A stretch of 60,809 bases of DNA from Octopus bimaculoides (Eukaryota), in contig NC_068986.1 in assembly GCF_001194135.2 (NCBI RefSeq), positions 98,617,510 to 98,678,318 of the forward strand, in the 5' to 3' direction. Under the pieces are notes generated by a model. It ran no database searches and had not been told where the DNA came from. It saw only the letters and a list, made by a program, of their open reading frames with translations. Below, piece after piece: positions 1 through 11,739 of this stretch (positions are counted from its first letter, which is position 1; every line of letters starts with the position of its first letter). The translations under genes were made by a program, and so were the position numbers.

Positions 1-44
1 TATATATATATATTGGTATATATATATATATATATATATATATT
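1..44. repeat. Interrupted (TA)n microsatellite
   Basis: Direct reading. Confidence 0.95.
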
Positions 45-1490
45 GGTGATTCTCAGTTTTAGAAAAAAATTTATTACTTTACTTACATATGGATCTTTCT
101 GTGTCGACCTAGAGGAATGAAGATGTAACAAAAGAAATTAGATGTTATTTAGGAGATAGGAGTCTCTGTGGATGACTGTAATCTTAACTAAAATTCAGAA
201 GAGATTTGGGTTTCAGAAAACTGTCTTGTTCGTTGAGTTTCTGGCCATGTAAGATTTTTCGTAATATTATTGTTTTTATGTTTCGTTGATTTGTGGGTTG
301 AGGGCATTAATCTAAAAGTTTAACATGAAATATTTTGAAATGAAATAAGAGAAAGACAAATGTAAAAAGTAGAACACACGAGATAAATTATGGCAGAAAG
401 AATATATTTTCGAATAATGATAACAAATTCCTGTTAGAAGTTACTACATCAGTTATCAATATACGAATCCAAACGGTCTCCATCCTCAATTACATTGGCC
501 TTATATCTTATATTTCACAGAGGTTTAACTCACAATATTCTTTCTAAGAGTTCATATAGTCTATAAAATCTGTTAACTAATCAGCGTATCTTGACTAACT
601 CTGCATTATACAATAGTTATGCCTTGCTCTAAAGCGGATATAATAAAATCAATTATGTACATGAATACATATATATTATACATACATATATATATATATA
701 NNNNNNNNNNNNNNNNNNNNNNNNNNNNNNNNNNNNNNNNNNNNNNNNNNNNNNNNNNNNNNNNNNNNNNNNNNNNNNNNNNNNNNNNNNNNNNNNNNNN
801 NNNNNNNNNNNNNNNNNNNNNNNNNNNNNNNNNNNNNNNNNNNNNNNNNNNNNNNNNNNNNNNNNNNNNNNNNNNNNNNNNNNNNNNNNNNNNNNNNNNN
901 NNNNNNNNNNNNNNNNNNNNNNNNNNNNNNNNNNNNNNNNNNNNNNNNNNNNNNNNNNNNNNNNNNNNNNNNNNNNNNNNNNNNNNNNNNNNNNNNNNNN
1001 NNNNNNNNNNNNNNNNNNNNNNNNNNNNNNNNNNNNNNNNNNNNNNNNNNNNNNNNNNNNNNNNNNNNNNNNNNNNNNNNNNNNNNNNNNNNNNNNNNNN
1101 NTATATATATATATATATATATATTATTTAAAAGACTTCCAACTTTGTCTGTTTTTATATTTGATTTATATTCTTATAAAATTAACGTGAGATATAGAAT
1201 ATGGAATATATAATATAAATAGTAAAATGAAATGAAATATTGAATGTCTTATTGAATATATGAAATATTGAGTATTAAATATATATAGGGGCTAGTATAC
1301 TTTCCTGCTTTATAGCAGTCATCAAGGTCCCGTCTGACAGAGTAATATTTATGTTGCCGGGGGGAGTTTAAGTCCAGTATATTAAGGAAGGATTTAACTA
1401 AGTACTTAACGTTTAGAGAGAAGTTGGGTGTATCCCAAAAAACAGAGCGTCGAACTCAAATATTTACCTCTATTTAACCATCTCACATCT

Positions 1491-1530
1491 CTGATGAAGG
1501 GATATCTACAATATCCTAGATACATCTGTA
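1491..1530 (+). ncRNA. Degenerate minimal hammerhead-ribozyme-like motif
   Basis: CTGATGA-A-GGGATAT-ctaca-ATATCCT-aGATACATCTGTA. Stem II is intact, but the GAAA core is mutated to GATA and the stem III palindrome is damaged. Confidence 0.35.
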
Positions 1531-1639
1531 TGAATATATATCCTGTATGAATATATATCCTTTATGAATATATATCCTTTTCCTTTTAATTGTCCTGAAA
1601 TCTCCTCACAGCCTTGGCTTTGTTATCTCATTTTGTCTA

Positions 1640-1768
<129 letters not shown>

Positions 1769-1849
1769 CGTATTGTGTGTGTTCCTGGAAAAGACATGAC
1801 TTAAAAGGTGGTGAAATTTAGCTCAACACATTGTTTCTGTGTTTCTATA

Positions 1850-1946
1850 TTAGATAGTTACGCAAGGTTATGTGTTGTGGAATTGAACCTGAACCAACAC
1901 TATTGCAAGGTGACCTTTTAACCATACACCTATAACTACGCCTACA
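1850..1946 (-). mobile_element. tRNA-derived SINE head fragment (family B)
   Basis: The reverse complement has a B-box-like GGTTCAATTCC and resembles the heads at 44279-44436 and 50277-50450. Confidence 0.4.
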
Positions 1947-2711
1947 GGAATGTGTGTGTATTGATAGAGATGCATACACACACACACACACACACACGTA
2001 CACACACACACATCCATATATATATATATTTATACACACAGAGAGAGTATATATCGAGAGGGAAAGAGAAAAAGAGACGTGTATGTACGTATGAAATAGT
2101 AAATAAATTTTAATATAATGGAGTCGCTGTCTTGTAAATATGTGACAGCGTGTACGTGTTTGTGCGCATGCTTCCAGGTTTGCTAGAGAACGATACACTA
2201 CCGATAGATCGTTGTGACGAACATAATTATCTCCGAGTATTTATTCCACCCTTGTCACACTCGCCGCCGAAGATAAAGTGAATCAATGAATGGTTAGTTA
2301 GAAGTTATAGCTATTGCGGTTCGCAAATGTTCACAAATAAATGGTATATAAAATATAACGCCATATATAAATTAAATATAGAGCAACAACAATCAAAAGA
2401 AACATTGCATGTTTCCCAACTCTCAATAATCGAGGGAAATTTCAACGCTATAACTTATTTAGTGGAGAAACTGTTTTGACAGTAAATGCATTAGATTCAG
2501 ATAAAGTGATTCGATTGCAGCGTAAAAAGACACCAAGGATTGGAATTCGTTATTGAAAGACAGTACAGCATTCGATGTACATGTGTACCAGCGCACATGT
2601 GTGTGTCTTCATGTATATGTTTATTTGTATGTGTGTGATGTAAATGTTATAGTTGAACGCTGTAGTTTTTCACTTATCGAAGTGCTTAATAGTAGGGAGT
2701 TTTATAGATAT

Positions 2712-2743
<32 letters not shown>

Positions 2744-3408
2744 NNNNNNNNNNNNNNNNNNNNNNNNNNNNNNNNNNNNNNNNNNNNNNNNNNNNNNNNN
2801 NNNNNNNNNNNNNNNNNNNNNNNNNNNNNNNNNNNNNNNNNNNNNNNNNNNNNNNNNNNNNNNNNNNNNNNNNNNNNNNNNNNNNNNNNNNNNNNNNNNN
2901 NNNNNNNNNNNNNNNNNNNNNNNNNNNNNNNNNNNNNNNNNNNNNNNNNNNNNNNNNNNNNNNNNNNNNNNNNNNNNNNNNNNNNNNNNNNNNNNNNNNN
3001 NNNNNNNNNNNNNNNNNNNNNNNNNNNNNNNNNNNNNNNNNNNNNNNNNNNNNNNNNNNNNNNNNNNNNNNNNNNNNNNNNNNNNNNNNNNNNNNNNNNN
3101 NNNNNNNNNNNNNNNNNNNNNNNNNNNNNNNNNNNNNNNNNNNNNNNNNNNNNNNNNNNNNNNNNNNNNNNNNNNNNNNNNNNNNNNNNNNNNNNNNNNN
3201 NNNNNNNNNNNNNNNNNNNNNNNNNNNNNNNNNNNNNNNNNNNNNNNNNNNNNNNNNNNNNNNNNNNNNNNNNNNNNNNNNNNNNNNNNNNNNNNNNNNN
3301 NNNNNNNNNNNNNNNNNNNNNNNNNNNNNNNNNNNNNNNNNNNNNNNNNNNNNNNNNNNNNNNNNNNNNNNNNNNNNNNTATATATATATATATATGTAC
3401 ATACATAC

Positions 3409-3700
3409 ATGCAGGCATAGTAGTGTGGTAAACAGCTGCTTTCTAACCCCATGCATCTAAGTTCAACCCCATTCCTAGGTTCAGTGTCTCCTACGATAGC
3501 ACTGACCGATCGAGTCCTCGTGAATGGATTTCGTTGAAAAAGGAATGACACCGTGTGTGTGTGTGTGCGTGTGTGCGCGCGTGTGTGAAGGGCATGTGTA
3601 TTTGTATATGTACACGTGCATGTTTGTCTATTTCTGTGTTTGTGTTTGTTTTTCACCAACGCTTGACAAAGATATTAGTTTGAGTAAGATCCCGTTACTC
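3409..3700 (+). mobile_element. Degenerate tRNA-derived SINE with internal (TG)n (family B, octopus OR/OK-like)
   Basis: GCAGGCATAGTAGTGTGGTAA head, AGTTCAACCCC B-box-like motif, internal microsatellite, then CGCTTGACAA. Same layout as 43130-43605. Confidence 0.55.
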
Positions 3701-3759
3701 AGGACTTATAGAATTCAACGCTACTCGGCCACTCCTGAGTTTCTTCTTTATTCATTTTT

Positions 3760-4890
3760 GAATAGTTCGATTATATCGGGCAGAAACAATGTAAGGTATT
3801 TTTATAACTTCTGAATATGAAATTTTCTGTAATCCTATTCTTAATTAATCTTTCAGATTTTTAATTGTCTTTGTTACCATTTCATAATTTTTATCAAGAC
3901 TCTTTTATCGCAGCCAATGTTTTACATTTATAGGGTATTATTTCTTGAAGACACAAAACATTTCTTTCTATTTCGTTCATGACCTGTCTATATTTGGATT
4001 ATTTTCCTATTATTCTTTACTGCACATTTTTGTGCTCCGATAATAGATATTTCATATACCTCTAGAGGAAGAAGACCTGTAGTTTTCGTACATGTAATCT
4101 TTGTGTATTGGTTTTAGGCTGATGTATTCTTAACGCATTCATTATTTTCTTCTTTTCCTGTTTAGCTTTTCTAATTCAGTCAGCGTCTAATTGAAAATAT
4201 TATAAATATAACCTTATTCCAGACTAGCTGGAATGCAGATGCATTTTTCTTTATTTTTGGCAATGTACTCTGAATTAATCTAATGCAACTATAATGTTCT
4301 TTCCCGAGCTCTTCTTTATTTTTGTTTGCTTCTGTAGTGTTCATTAATTCCCAGTATTTGTATAGTGTTCATTAATTCCCATTTTTTTGGTCTACTTCTC
4401 TTATCTGTATTCCTTTGCTTAACATATTAGCATTTTATTAGTTTTCTCTCTTCAAGTGCCTGGATGCATATTTTAAAGCTGAATTTCGTGCCAATCTCTC
4501 TACACAGAAACCTGGACTGTATATGATAGTTTTCGATACGGTTATTATTTGCCGTGTACTACTTGAGGTCATTAATATGCAAACGGTGTTTGATTGACTT
4601 CCTATAATATTTGAAACTTGATCCGAGTCTAGTATAACATATTGCATACATGCATCAATGCCAAGGAGGTAAGGATTTGAAGGAATCCCCTCGGAGTATT
4701 TCTTTTCCTATATGGATAAGATTTGTTTTCATACTTCTCTCCTTTGTTTAATCTGCTGAATGGTTTGCCAGTTATTAATCACATGCCTAAAGTAAATGCT
4801 TGTTAACGAAACGTGCATTACTCATGGCGAATATTTTCTGAATCCAAGGATACGAAACATTGCCAAAAGCCTTCGATGCATACTAAATTG
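3760..4890 (-). mobile_element. R4/Dong-type non-LTR retrotransposon relic, RT and thumb region
   Basis: Broken minus-strand peptides in the correct order: KAFGNVSYPWI (~4870), IHIGKEILRGDSF (~4690; cf. GIFQGDSLSP), IKHRLHINDLK*Y (~4575; cf. HLLYMDDLKLY), IGTKFSFKIC, YKYLGINE (~4355), LEKLNRKRRKIM..IHQPK..RLH (cf. LDRKTRK..HHPK..RLY). Confidence 0.8.
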
Positions 4891-7450
4891 TTTTCTTTTT
4901 TTTTATATTTTTATTGAAAGTCCCTCCCAGTAAAATAGCAAGTAGCCAATAATAAATCAAGATTCGAGCAAAATTTACGTTGTTGGCAGTTACGAAAGAA
5001 AGTGAAATTAATGTGAAACTACATGAAAAACTATAAAACAAACAATACGAAAATTAAAAGTATTAAAAATATATTTATCAAGGAAATAAGACGAACAAGA
5101 GTTCTACGCGTCAGATTTTCGTAGACAGTACCTAATAGTGTTGAAACATTACTTACAGAATGAAAGAACAACAGTGAACAAATGAGAATTATTTGAAAGA
5201 TGATGACAGAGAGATTGAAGTTTAGCAGCCAAATGTGTTCACATCGGAAAATCGCTTTGGCTCTCACTCAAGAAGATGAAGAATACCAAAAGTTGCACCA
5301 GCTTTGATATACTAATGGCAGTATTCTTTAAAAATATAAAAAAAATAAGGGAAAATTTCAAAATGACAATCATCTAAAGGTATAAGTATCTAAATAATTT
5401 AATTTTTTTTTCTGTTACTAAGATAAAAGTTAATGATGCTGATGAGCTAGATATAGAGAATCGTTAAAAAATAATATGAGTTTTTTTTTATATTTATTGT
5501 TTGTTTATTATTTCGGAATAGATGTAACACAATCATTAGAAGAAGCTATACCTAGTTTTGATGATAAGTAATATTTGATATTTACTACAAAAATATATTT
5601 GTGCGCCATCTATTTTAATGTATTGGTAGTGATGTAGGTTTATTTTCGGATAATCATTTATTATCTGTTATTTGCAGTTGCGTTTTTGTTAGCTTTAGGC
5701 AGACGAGATAGCTGTGAATAAATTTGGGGGCTTATTATTTCTTTAATGCTGCGGATTACGATGATCTTTTTTCTTCTCAGTGAACCATTCGAGTGTCGCT
5801 CTAATTCTTTTCGTGAATCATTAAAAGTTTTTACCAAAACTATATGTGCGCCTGATAAATTATCGTACTTGTTCTAATTGCGGTCGGTGCTCAATTGATT
5901 TCTATTTTGGTTTTACTTAGTTATTGGAAAAAATCATTTTGTTGGCGTCACACCAACTTTTTTTTCGAAGAATCGATTTCATTTTTCTCTTCTTTTCGTA
6001 ACGACGGATTCTTTGCGATTTACACAAAGATTCCGTCGTTAGGAAAATTAACTATTGTTTTTGACATTATTATTTAATTCTGGTTATTTCTTCTATTTGG
6101 TTATGTTGTGTTTCTGTAATAATATACCTTGTATCTTTTTATCTAGTTTGTTATTCTCTGTTATTGATTTTTATTCAGGATTAAGAGATATTTTATATTC
6201 TGTTATTCTCGGTATACTTATTTTCCACATCGGTGCACCTTTGAGTAGTTTTTACAAAGAGCCTACCTTTAGTTTGAAACTACTTTGACATCGTCATTTA
6301 TTATTTAACTTATTTTCGATGGTATTGGTGTTCACATCTGTTTTCATTAAGTCTATCATGGTATGGTTTGCTTTCTTATTGTAGTTACAATTGTTCGTAA
6401 GTTTTATATTTGGAATCGAATCTTTCATTGGTCCATAGAAATATATCTCTATTTTAACTCTTTAAATATTTACACCTTCAGATTATAGTCAGTTTCAAAT
6501 TTCCCGTGTTTAGAATGTCGTATTCTTCAAACTTTTTAATGTTCATTTTTAGACAGATCTTCGTTTCCGTAATTCTGTTTCGGATTTTTTGTCAGTATTC
6601 TGTCCGTACAAATGTTTCGTTTTTCGGTGTTTCCTTCTTACTTACGTTCTCACAGCTTATGACTTAAACGTTTTTATTCTAATAATTTGAATTGTTGTCG
6701 CTTGTTGTCCGTCTTTTTCAAGACAATAATTATGTATTATTCACGATACTACAAATTATATACTTTGTAGATTTTATGCATCAATATCAGTGTAAGAATT
6801 TTGCATTTAATCACAATGGAAACGGTACAGTTTTCATGTTTGGAATTTCTTCTTGACAGGGACTGTTTTAGAGTGATGAAAACTTGACTTAAGCCCTGTA
6901 GTTGTGTTTACACGTGATGAATCCTAGGGTGAACCTGTGCAATGAATAATTTATGTTAGACACAAAGCAATTATATTTCAATAATATTTTGAATGTATTA
7001 ACTATACAATTGCTTTCAACATTTTTGTCGTTTATTTTCGAAATTTCCTATTGTTACGTTATCGATCTAAAAAGACATTCTTCCGATTAGCGAAGTTAAC
7101 GATGTTTCTTTTCATGTCACCCGCTGCTATTTTGACATTAAAACCATTGTAATAAAATAATATACAAATAGAAAAAAAATAATATGTATTAAAATAAAAA
7201 TAGGTATTAAAAAGAAAACAAAATAAAGAAACGGCAAGCTACGAGGATGGTTATACAGGCGAAAAATATTTTGTAGTGTTTGTTCTTTATCTTTATGTAT
7301 AAGTTTAAATTCTGCAAAGTCACATTTAAATTTTGTACTTTCACTGATAAAATAATGTCCGAGTTAGAAATTGGGGACTACTTAATTGATCAATCAGACC
7401 ATCTAGCTTTATGACTAAATTATAAACTATTAATATTATTATTATTTAAA

Positions 7451-7690
7451 AGCCGGGGAGTGGTAAGAATCGTTAAGATGCCGTAATAATCGTTAGGATG
7501 AACACGGACGAAATGCTTGGTGGCATTTCGTCCCTCTTCATGTTCTGAGCTCAAATTTTGACTTTACCTTTCAAACTTTCGGGACGATGAAATACGTAAC
7601 AGTTGAGCACTGGAGCCGATATAATCGATTAATGCCCTCCCCAAACTTCAGGCTTTACGTCCATAGTAAAAAGGAATATAATTATTATCT
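7451..7690 (+). mobile_element. Degenerate SINE, family A
   Basis: GAAATGCTT..GGCATTTCGTC..GTTCTGAGCTCAAATT..CTTTC..ATAATCGA motifs shared with 15910 and 26254. Confidence 0.7.
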
Positions 7691-7699
7691 AATGGTATA

Positions 7700-8100
7700 C
7701 ACCAATACGTTAAAATTGAAATCAATATCCTTGATACCGATTCACTACTACTTCCTTAAATATATCGAAGACTTTTCGTACAATCCTTGCCGTTCCTAAG
7801 AGAGCAAATTTCTGTATTAATTCTATTCTAGTTCTTACATCGATCACGATAAGAAAACTACTAAGTCTGCTGATAATGGTACATAGGGTGTCTATAACTG
7901 CCGGGATTACTTTGGCAAGTTTTTGAATTTTCCTTTTTCTCCTGCTCTTTAACCGCTGCATTCATAGCAGCAGTCACAGCCACATTTATGATTATTCATT
8001 ATTTCGAAACCTTGTTCAGAATAATAATATCTGGTACTCTTCCTTGAATTTCATGGTCAGTCTCAAATAAAATCCTATATAACCTTAAATTGATTACAAG
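7700..8100 (-). mobile_element. R4/Dong-type LINE 3' end (restriction-like endonuclease domain relic)
   Basis: FETDHEIQGRVPDIIILNK..IINVAV..VKEQEK (PD..D motif), then IPAVIDTLC..IQKFALLGTARIVRKVF (cf. QKxALLGTAxILRKVL), followed by a short UTR. Confidence 0.8.
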
Positions 8101-8215
8101 TTTTCATACACTCAAACCATTTGGTGCAACCTGTCATTTATACCAAGACAAAACATGTACATGATAACACTTTCAATCAGTTACGATCAAAATCCATTAG
8201 AGCCACTATCTGGTA

Positions 8216-8457
8216 AGGCGGCGAGCTGGCGGAATCGTTAGGGCACTGGGAAAAATCCTTAGCGGCATTTCATTCGTCTTTATGTTCTGAGTTCAAATTT
8301 CGCCGAGGTCAACTTCGCCTTTCATTATTTCGGGGTCGATTAATAAGTAACAATTGACCCCAGTTGAACACCGGGGTCCATGTAATCGACTAGTCCCTCC
8401 CCTCAAATTTCAGTCCTTGCACCTATTATAGAAAGGATTACTATTATTATTATTATT
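8216..8457 (+). mobile_element. SINE family A with (ATT)n tail
   Basis: AAGGCGGCGAGCTGGCGGAATCGTTAG head, GAGTTCAAATT B-box, central CCTTTCATT..GGGGTCGAT, tail GAAAGGATTACTATTATT. Confidence 0.85.
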
Positions 8458-8685
8458 AAGGCAGTGAGCTGGCAGAAACGTTAGCGCGCCGGGCGAAATG
8501 CTTAGCGGTATTTTGTGTGCCGTTATGGTCTGAGTTCAAATTCCGCCGAAAGTAACTTTTCCTTTCATCCTTTTGAGATCGATAAAATTAGAACCAGTTA
8601 AGCACTGCGGTCGATGTAATCGACTTAATCCCTTCCCCCAAATTTGAGGCCTTGTGCTCCCAGTAGAAAGGAATATTATTATTGT
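8458..8685 (+). mobile_element. SINE family A, second copy head-to-tail
   Basis: Starts at the end of the previous copy's (ATT)n tail and has the same motifs. Confidence 0.85.
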
Positions 8686-9016
8686 TGTTACTGCTGTTTC
8701 CGTCGTCATTAACATAATCAATATCTTAAAGCAAAACTTAAATATATATTTAAATTGAAAACAAACATGTATTTAAGTTTTGTAGTCCCGCTGACGGTGC
8801 AACATCCGTGTTCATATTTCTATGTATATTTCAAAATAGAACCGTAGAAGATTGTGAAGAAATATGAAATTTATTGTTTTTAATTTTGCTACATTTAACC
8901 TCTGTATATTATTTCTCTAAACTTGATTCTCTCTTTTATCTATTGCGATCTTTCTGGTTTGTTAACTGTTTTGCTCAAAAGAAATATTTTTGTTTTAATT
9001 GCAAAGTAGTCATATA

Positions 9017-10307
9017 TTGGGTTGGCAACTAAGTTCCCGACGTTGTTTTTATTAAACTTTTTTTAAAGGTTTAATAAAAAATAACAACTAATTAATCAAT
9101 AATGTATTCTCCCTTGTTGTTTACAAATTCTTCCCAATATTCAACAAGATTTTCAGTACCTCGCTGGTAGAAATCACCCGATTTCGACTCGAAAAATTGA
9201 TCCAACCAAGCTCTCAAAATCTGCATCAGTATTGAACGAAACTCCGTGCATAGCATTTGAATGAGATCGAAAGAGGTGGAAATCCGTTGGTGCCAAATCC
9301 GGAGAGTACGGCAGGTGCGACAGCACTTCCCAGCCATGCGTTTGAAAGGCTTCGTCCTTGGTCATATTGGCGATATGAGGGCGGGCGTCGTCGTGCAGAA
9401 GAACTCCATGCTGACGATTAGGTCTTTTCTCTTGAATAGCTGTGTTGAGTTGCTCCCGCTGTTGAACATAGAGTTCCGCGTTGACCGTTTGGTCCCATTC
9501 AAGCAATTCGTAATGGATAATCCCTTTCCAGTCCCACCATACGCACAACATCGTTTTACGCGGATGAAGATCTTGTTTCATGTCGCTTGTTTAAAGGGTT
9601 AAGCCATTCCTTACGCTGTTTCACATTGATGTACAAGCACCATTTTTCGTCGCCAGTAACGATTCGGTAAAGAAATTGTTGCTTGTGTCCATAAGTTGAG
9701 CGGTGAAGTGTAAGCAAACCATCAGACATTGTGGCTCGTTCATTTTTGTTTTTGTCACTTAAAGCAAGCGGAACCATGCTCCATACTTCTGAACCTTTAC
9801 CATCGAGTGAAGATGCTTCTCTATAGCACTGTGGGAGCATTCCATCTTCTCTGCCAGTTCCCTTGTCGTTTCACGAAAATTTTCATGCAAAAGTTGGTTT
9901 AATCGCTTTTCATCGAACTCAACTGGGCGGCCAGAACGAGGTGCGTCTTTGAGGTCAAAATTTCCATTTTTGAACTTGACATACCAATCACGAGCGGTTC
10001 TTTCAGCTATGGCACCTTCTCCATACACAGCACAAATGTCGCAAGCAGCTTTTGCGGCCTTAGAACCTTGATTAAAAGCAAAACGAAGGAGGTGTCGAAA
10101 ACGCTCGTTTTTCTTAACTTGACATTCCATTTTAATGATCTGAAAATAAACAAAAATTAACTAAAATTAACTAGAGAAAAAAACGAAATAGATTCCAAAA
10201 TGATTCAAAAATAGAATTCTCAAAAAAAAAAAAATAGATTCCAGAATTTAAAAACGAAATAAATTCCAATATTTAAAAACACCGCGGGAACTTAGTTGCC
10301 AACCCAA
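9017..10307 (-). mobile_element. Full-length mariner element (1291 bp)
   Basis: Perfect 23-bp TIRs TTGGGTTGGCAACTAAGTTCCCG (9017-9039 and 10285-10307), TA flanks at 9015-9016 and 10308-10309, and an internal transposase. Confidence 0.97.
9092..10130 (-). pseudogene. Mariner (DD34D) transposase, at least 3 frameshifts
   Basis: Four overlapping ORF pieces: MECQVKKNE..HTH region, (W)VPLAL..IVTGDEKW, CVWWDW..LHDDARPH..YSPDLAPTDF, and WLDQFF..GEYIID*. Confidence 0.95.
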
Positions 10308-11015
10308 TAGTTACTATAGAAGTTCACATGCTTAGACCTACGCACACACAAACACACACACACATACATACATACAGTCAGTAATAAAGATATTTGTATG
10401 TGTGTGTGTGTATGTGTGTGCATGTGTATGCATGTGTATGTGTATGCATGTGTATGTGTGTATGTGTGTGCATGTGTGTGCGTGTATGTTTGTGTGTCTG
10501 TACGTATATGTATATATCTATCCATGTGTGGATGGATGGATGGAGAGAAGGAATGTGAAGGTGGGCGTATTAGATAAAGAAACAATAAATCAATAATACA
10601 TAGATGCGAATAGTTTAATGCTTGCAATTAGTTCTTCATCAAAAAGAATGTAACAGGGAGAGAAAGTTTGTGTGTGTGTGTGTATGTGTGTGTGTTTAAG
10701 CGTGTGTGTGTTTGTGTGCATGACTGTGATCGTGTGTATAAAAAATAAGGCGATAGAAAAACAAAATTTCTGTTTTTAAACCATTTACAAAGGGTAAAGG
10801 CGCTTACGAAAAATATGAGGGTTAGAAAGCGCGAACCACTAACGTTGTATTGAGGTAAAATGTACAGAAAAGAAGAGAATATGGAGATGAATGCATCAAA
10901 CTGCTCCACCATTGACCGGAAAGTGAATTCAATAGAACATGGTGTATGTTTGTATGCTGTACGTATATATATAGCTGTGTGTAAATGAGTAATTATGGAG
11001 GTGTTGATTACAATG

Positions 11016-11050
<35 letters not shown>

Positions 11051-11739
11051 NNNNNNNNNNNNNNNNNNNNNNNNNNNNNNNNNNNNNNNNNNNNNNNNNN
11101 NNNNNNNNNNNNNNNNNNNNNNNNNNNNNNNNNNNNNNNNNNNNNNNNNNNNNNNNNNNNNNNNNNNNNNNNNNNNNNNNNNNNNNNNNNNNNNNNNNNN
11201 NNNNNNNNNNNNNNNNNNNNNNNNNNNNNNNNNNNNNNNNNNNNNNNNNNNNNNNNNNNNNNNNNNNNNNNNNNNNNNNNNNNNNNNNNNNNNNNNNNNN
11301 NNNNNNNNNNNNNNNNNNNNNNNNNNNNNNNNNNNNNNNNNNNNGTGTTTAGGTTGTCAATTGGCAACATGTACGTATGTATGTATGTATGTATGTATGT
11401 ATGTATGTGTAAATGTAAATATACGTATGTTTTGTGAGCGTATTTATATATTATGTATATCGGAATGCATACATTAAATCATGCTATATTGTTAGTTCGT
11501 TGCTGAGTACACTAGAGTTACGCGTCCCTTTGCGTTTTCTTCTGCTACTTGCAGAGCTTTTATTCAGTGTGATCAATTTATTTACTTGGGTACCTAAGTA
11601 TGCCTCAGTCTATCAGTATTTTTGCCGGTGATGGAGTTTTCAGAGCACTAACAGAAACCGAAAGTGATTTTTATTCATGCTCTGAAATTCTTTTGGAGCA
11701 CATGGCGGAGACGTCACCCATACCCTCCTACTACATTTA

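Noticed and set aside
48-340. Possible Penelope-like 3' end on the minus strand (ILRKILHGQKLNEQ)
   Set aside because: Only a vague peptide resemblance, with no diagnostic motif.
5031-5267. Hydrophobic 78-aa minus-strand ORF resembling a transmembrane receptor end
   Set aside because: Hydrophobicity follows from the T-rich strand. There is no conserved motif or convincing splice context.
5941-5965. Hairpin plus T-run resembling a bacterial intrinsic terminator
   Set aside because: A 5-bp stem is expected by chance, and the context is eukaryotic with no bacterial ORFs.
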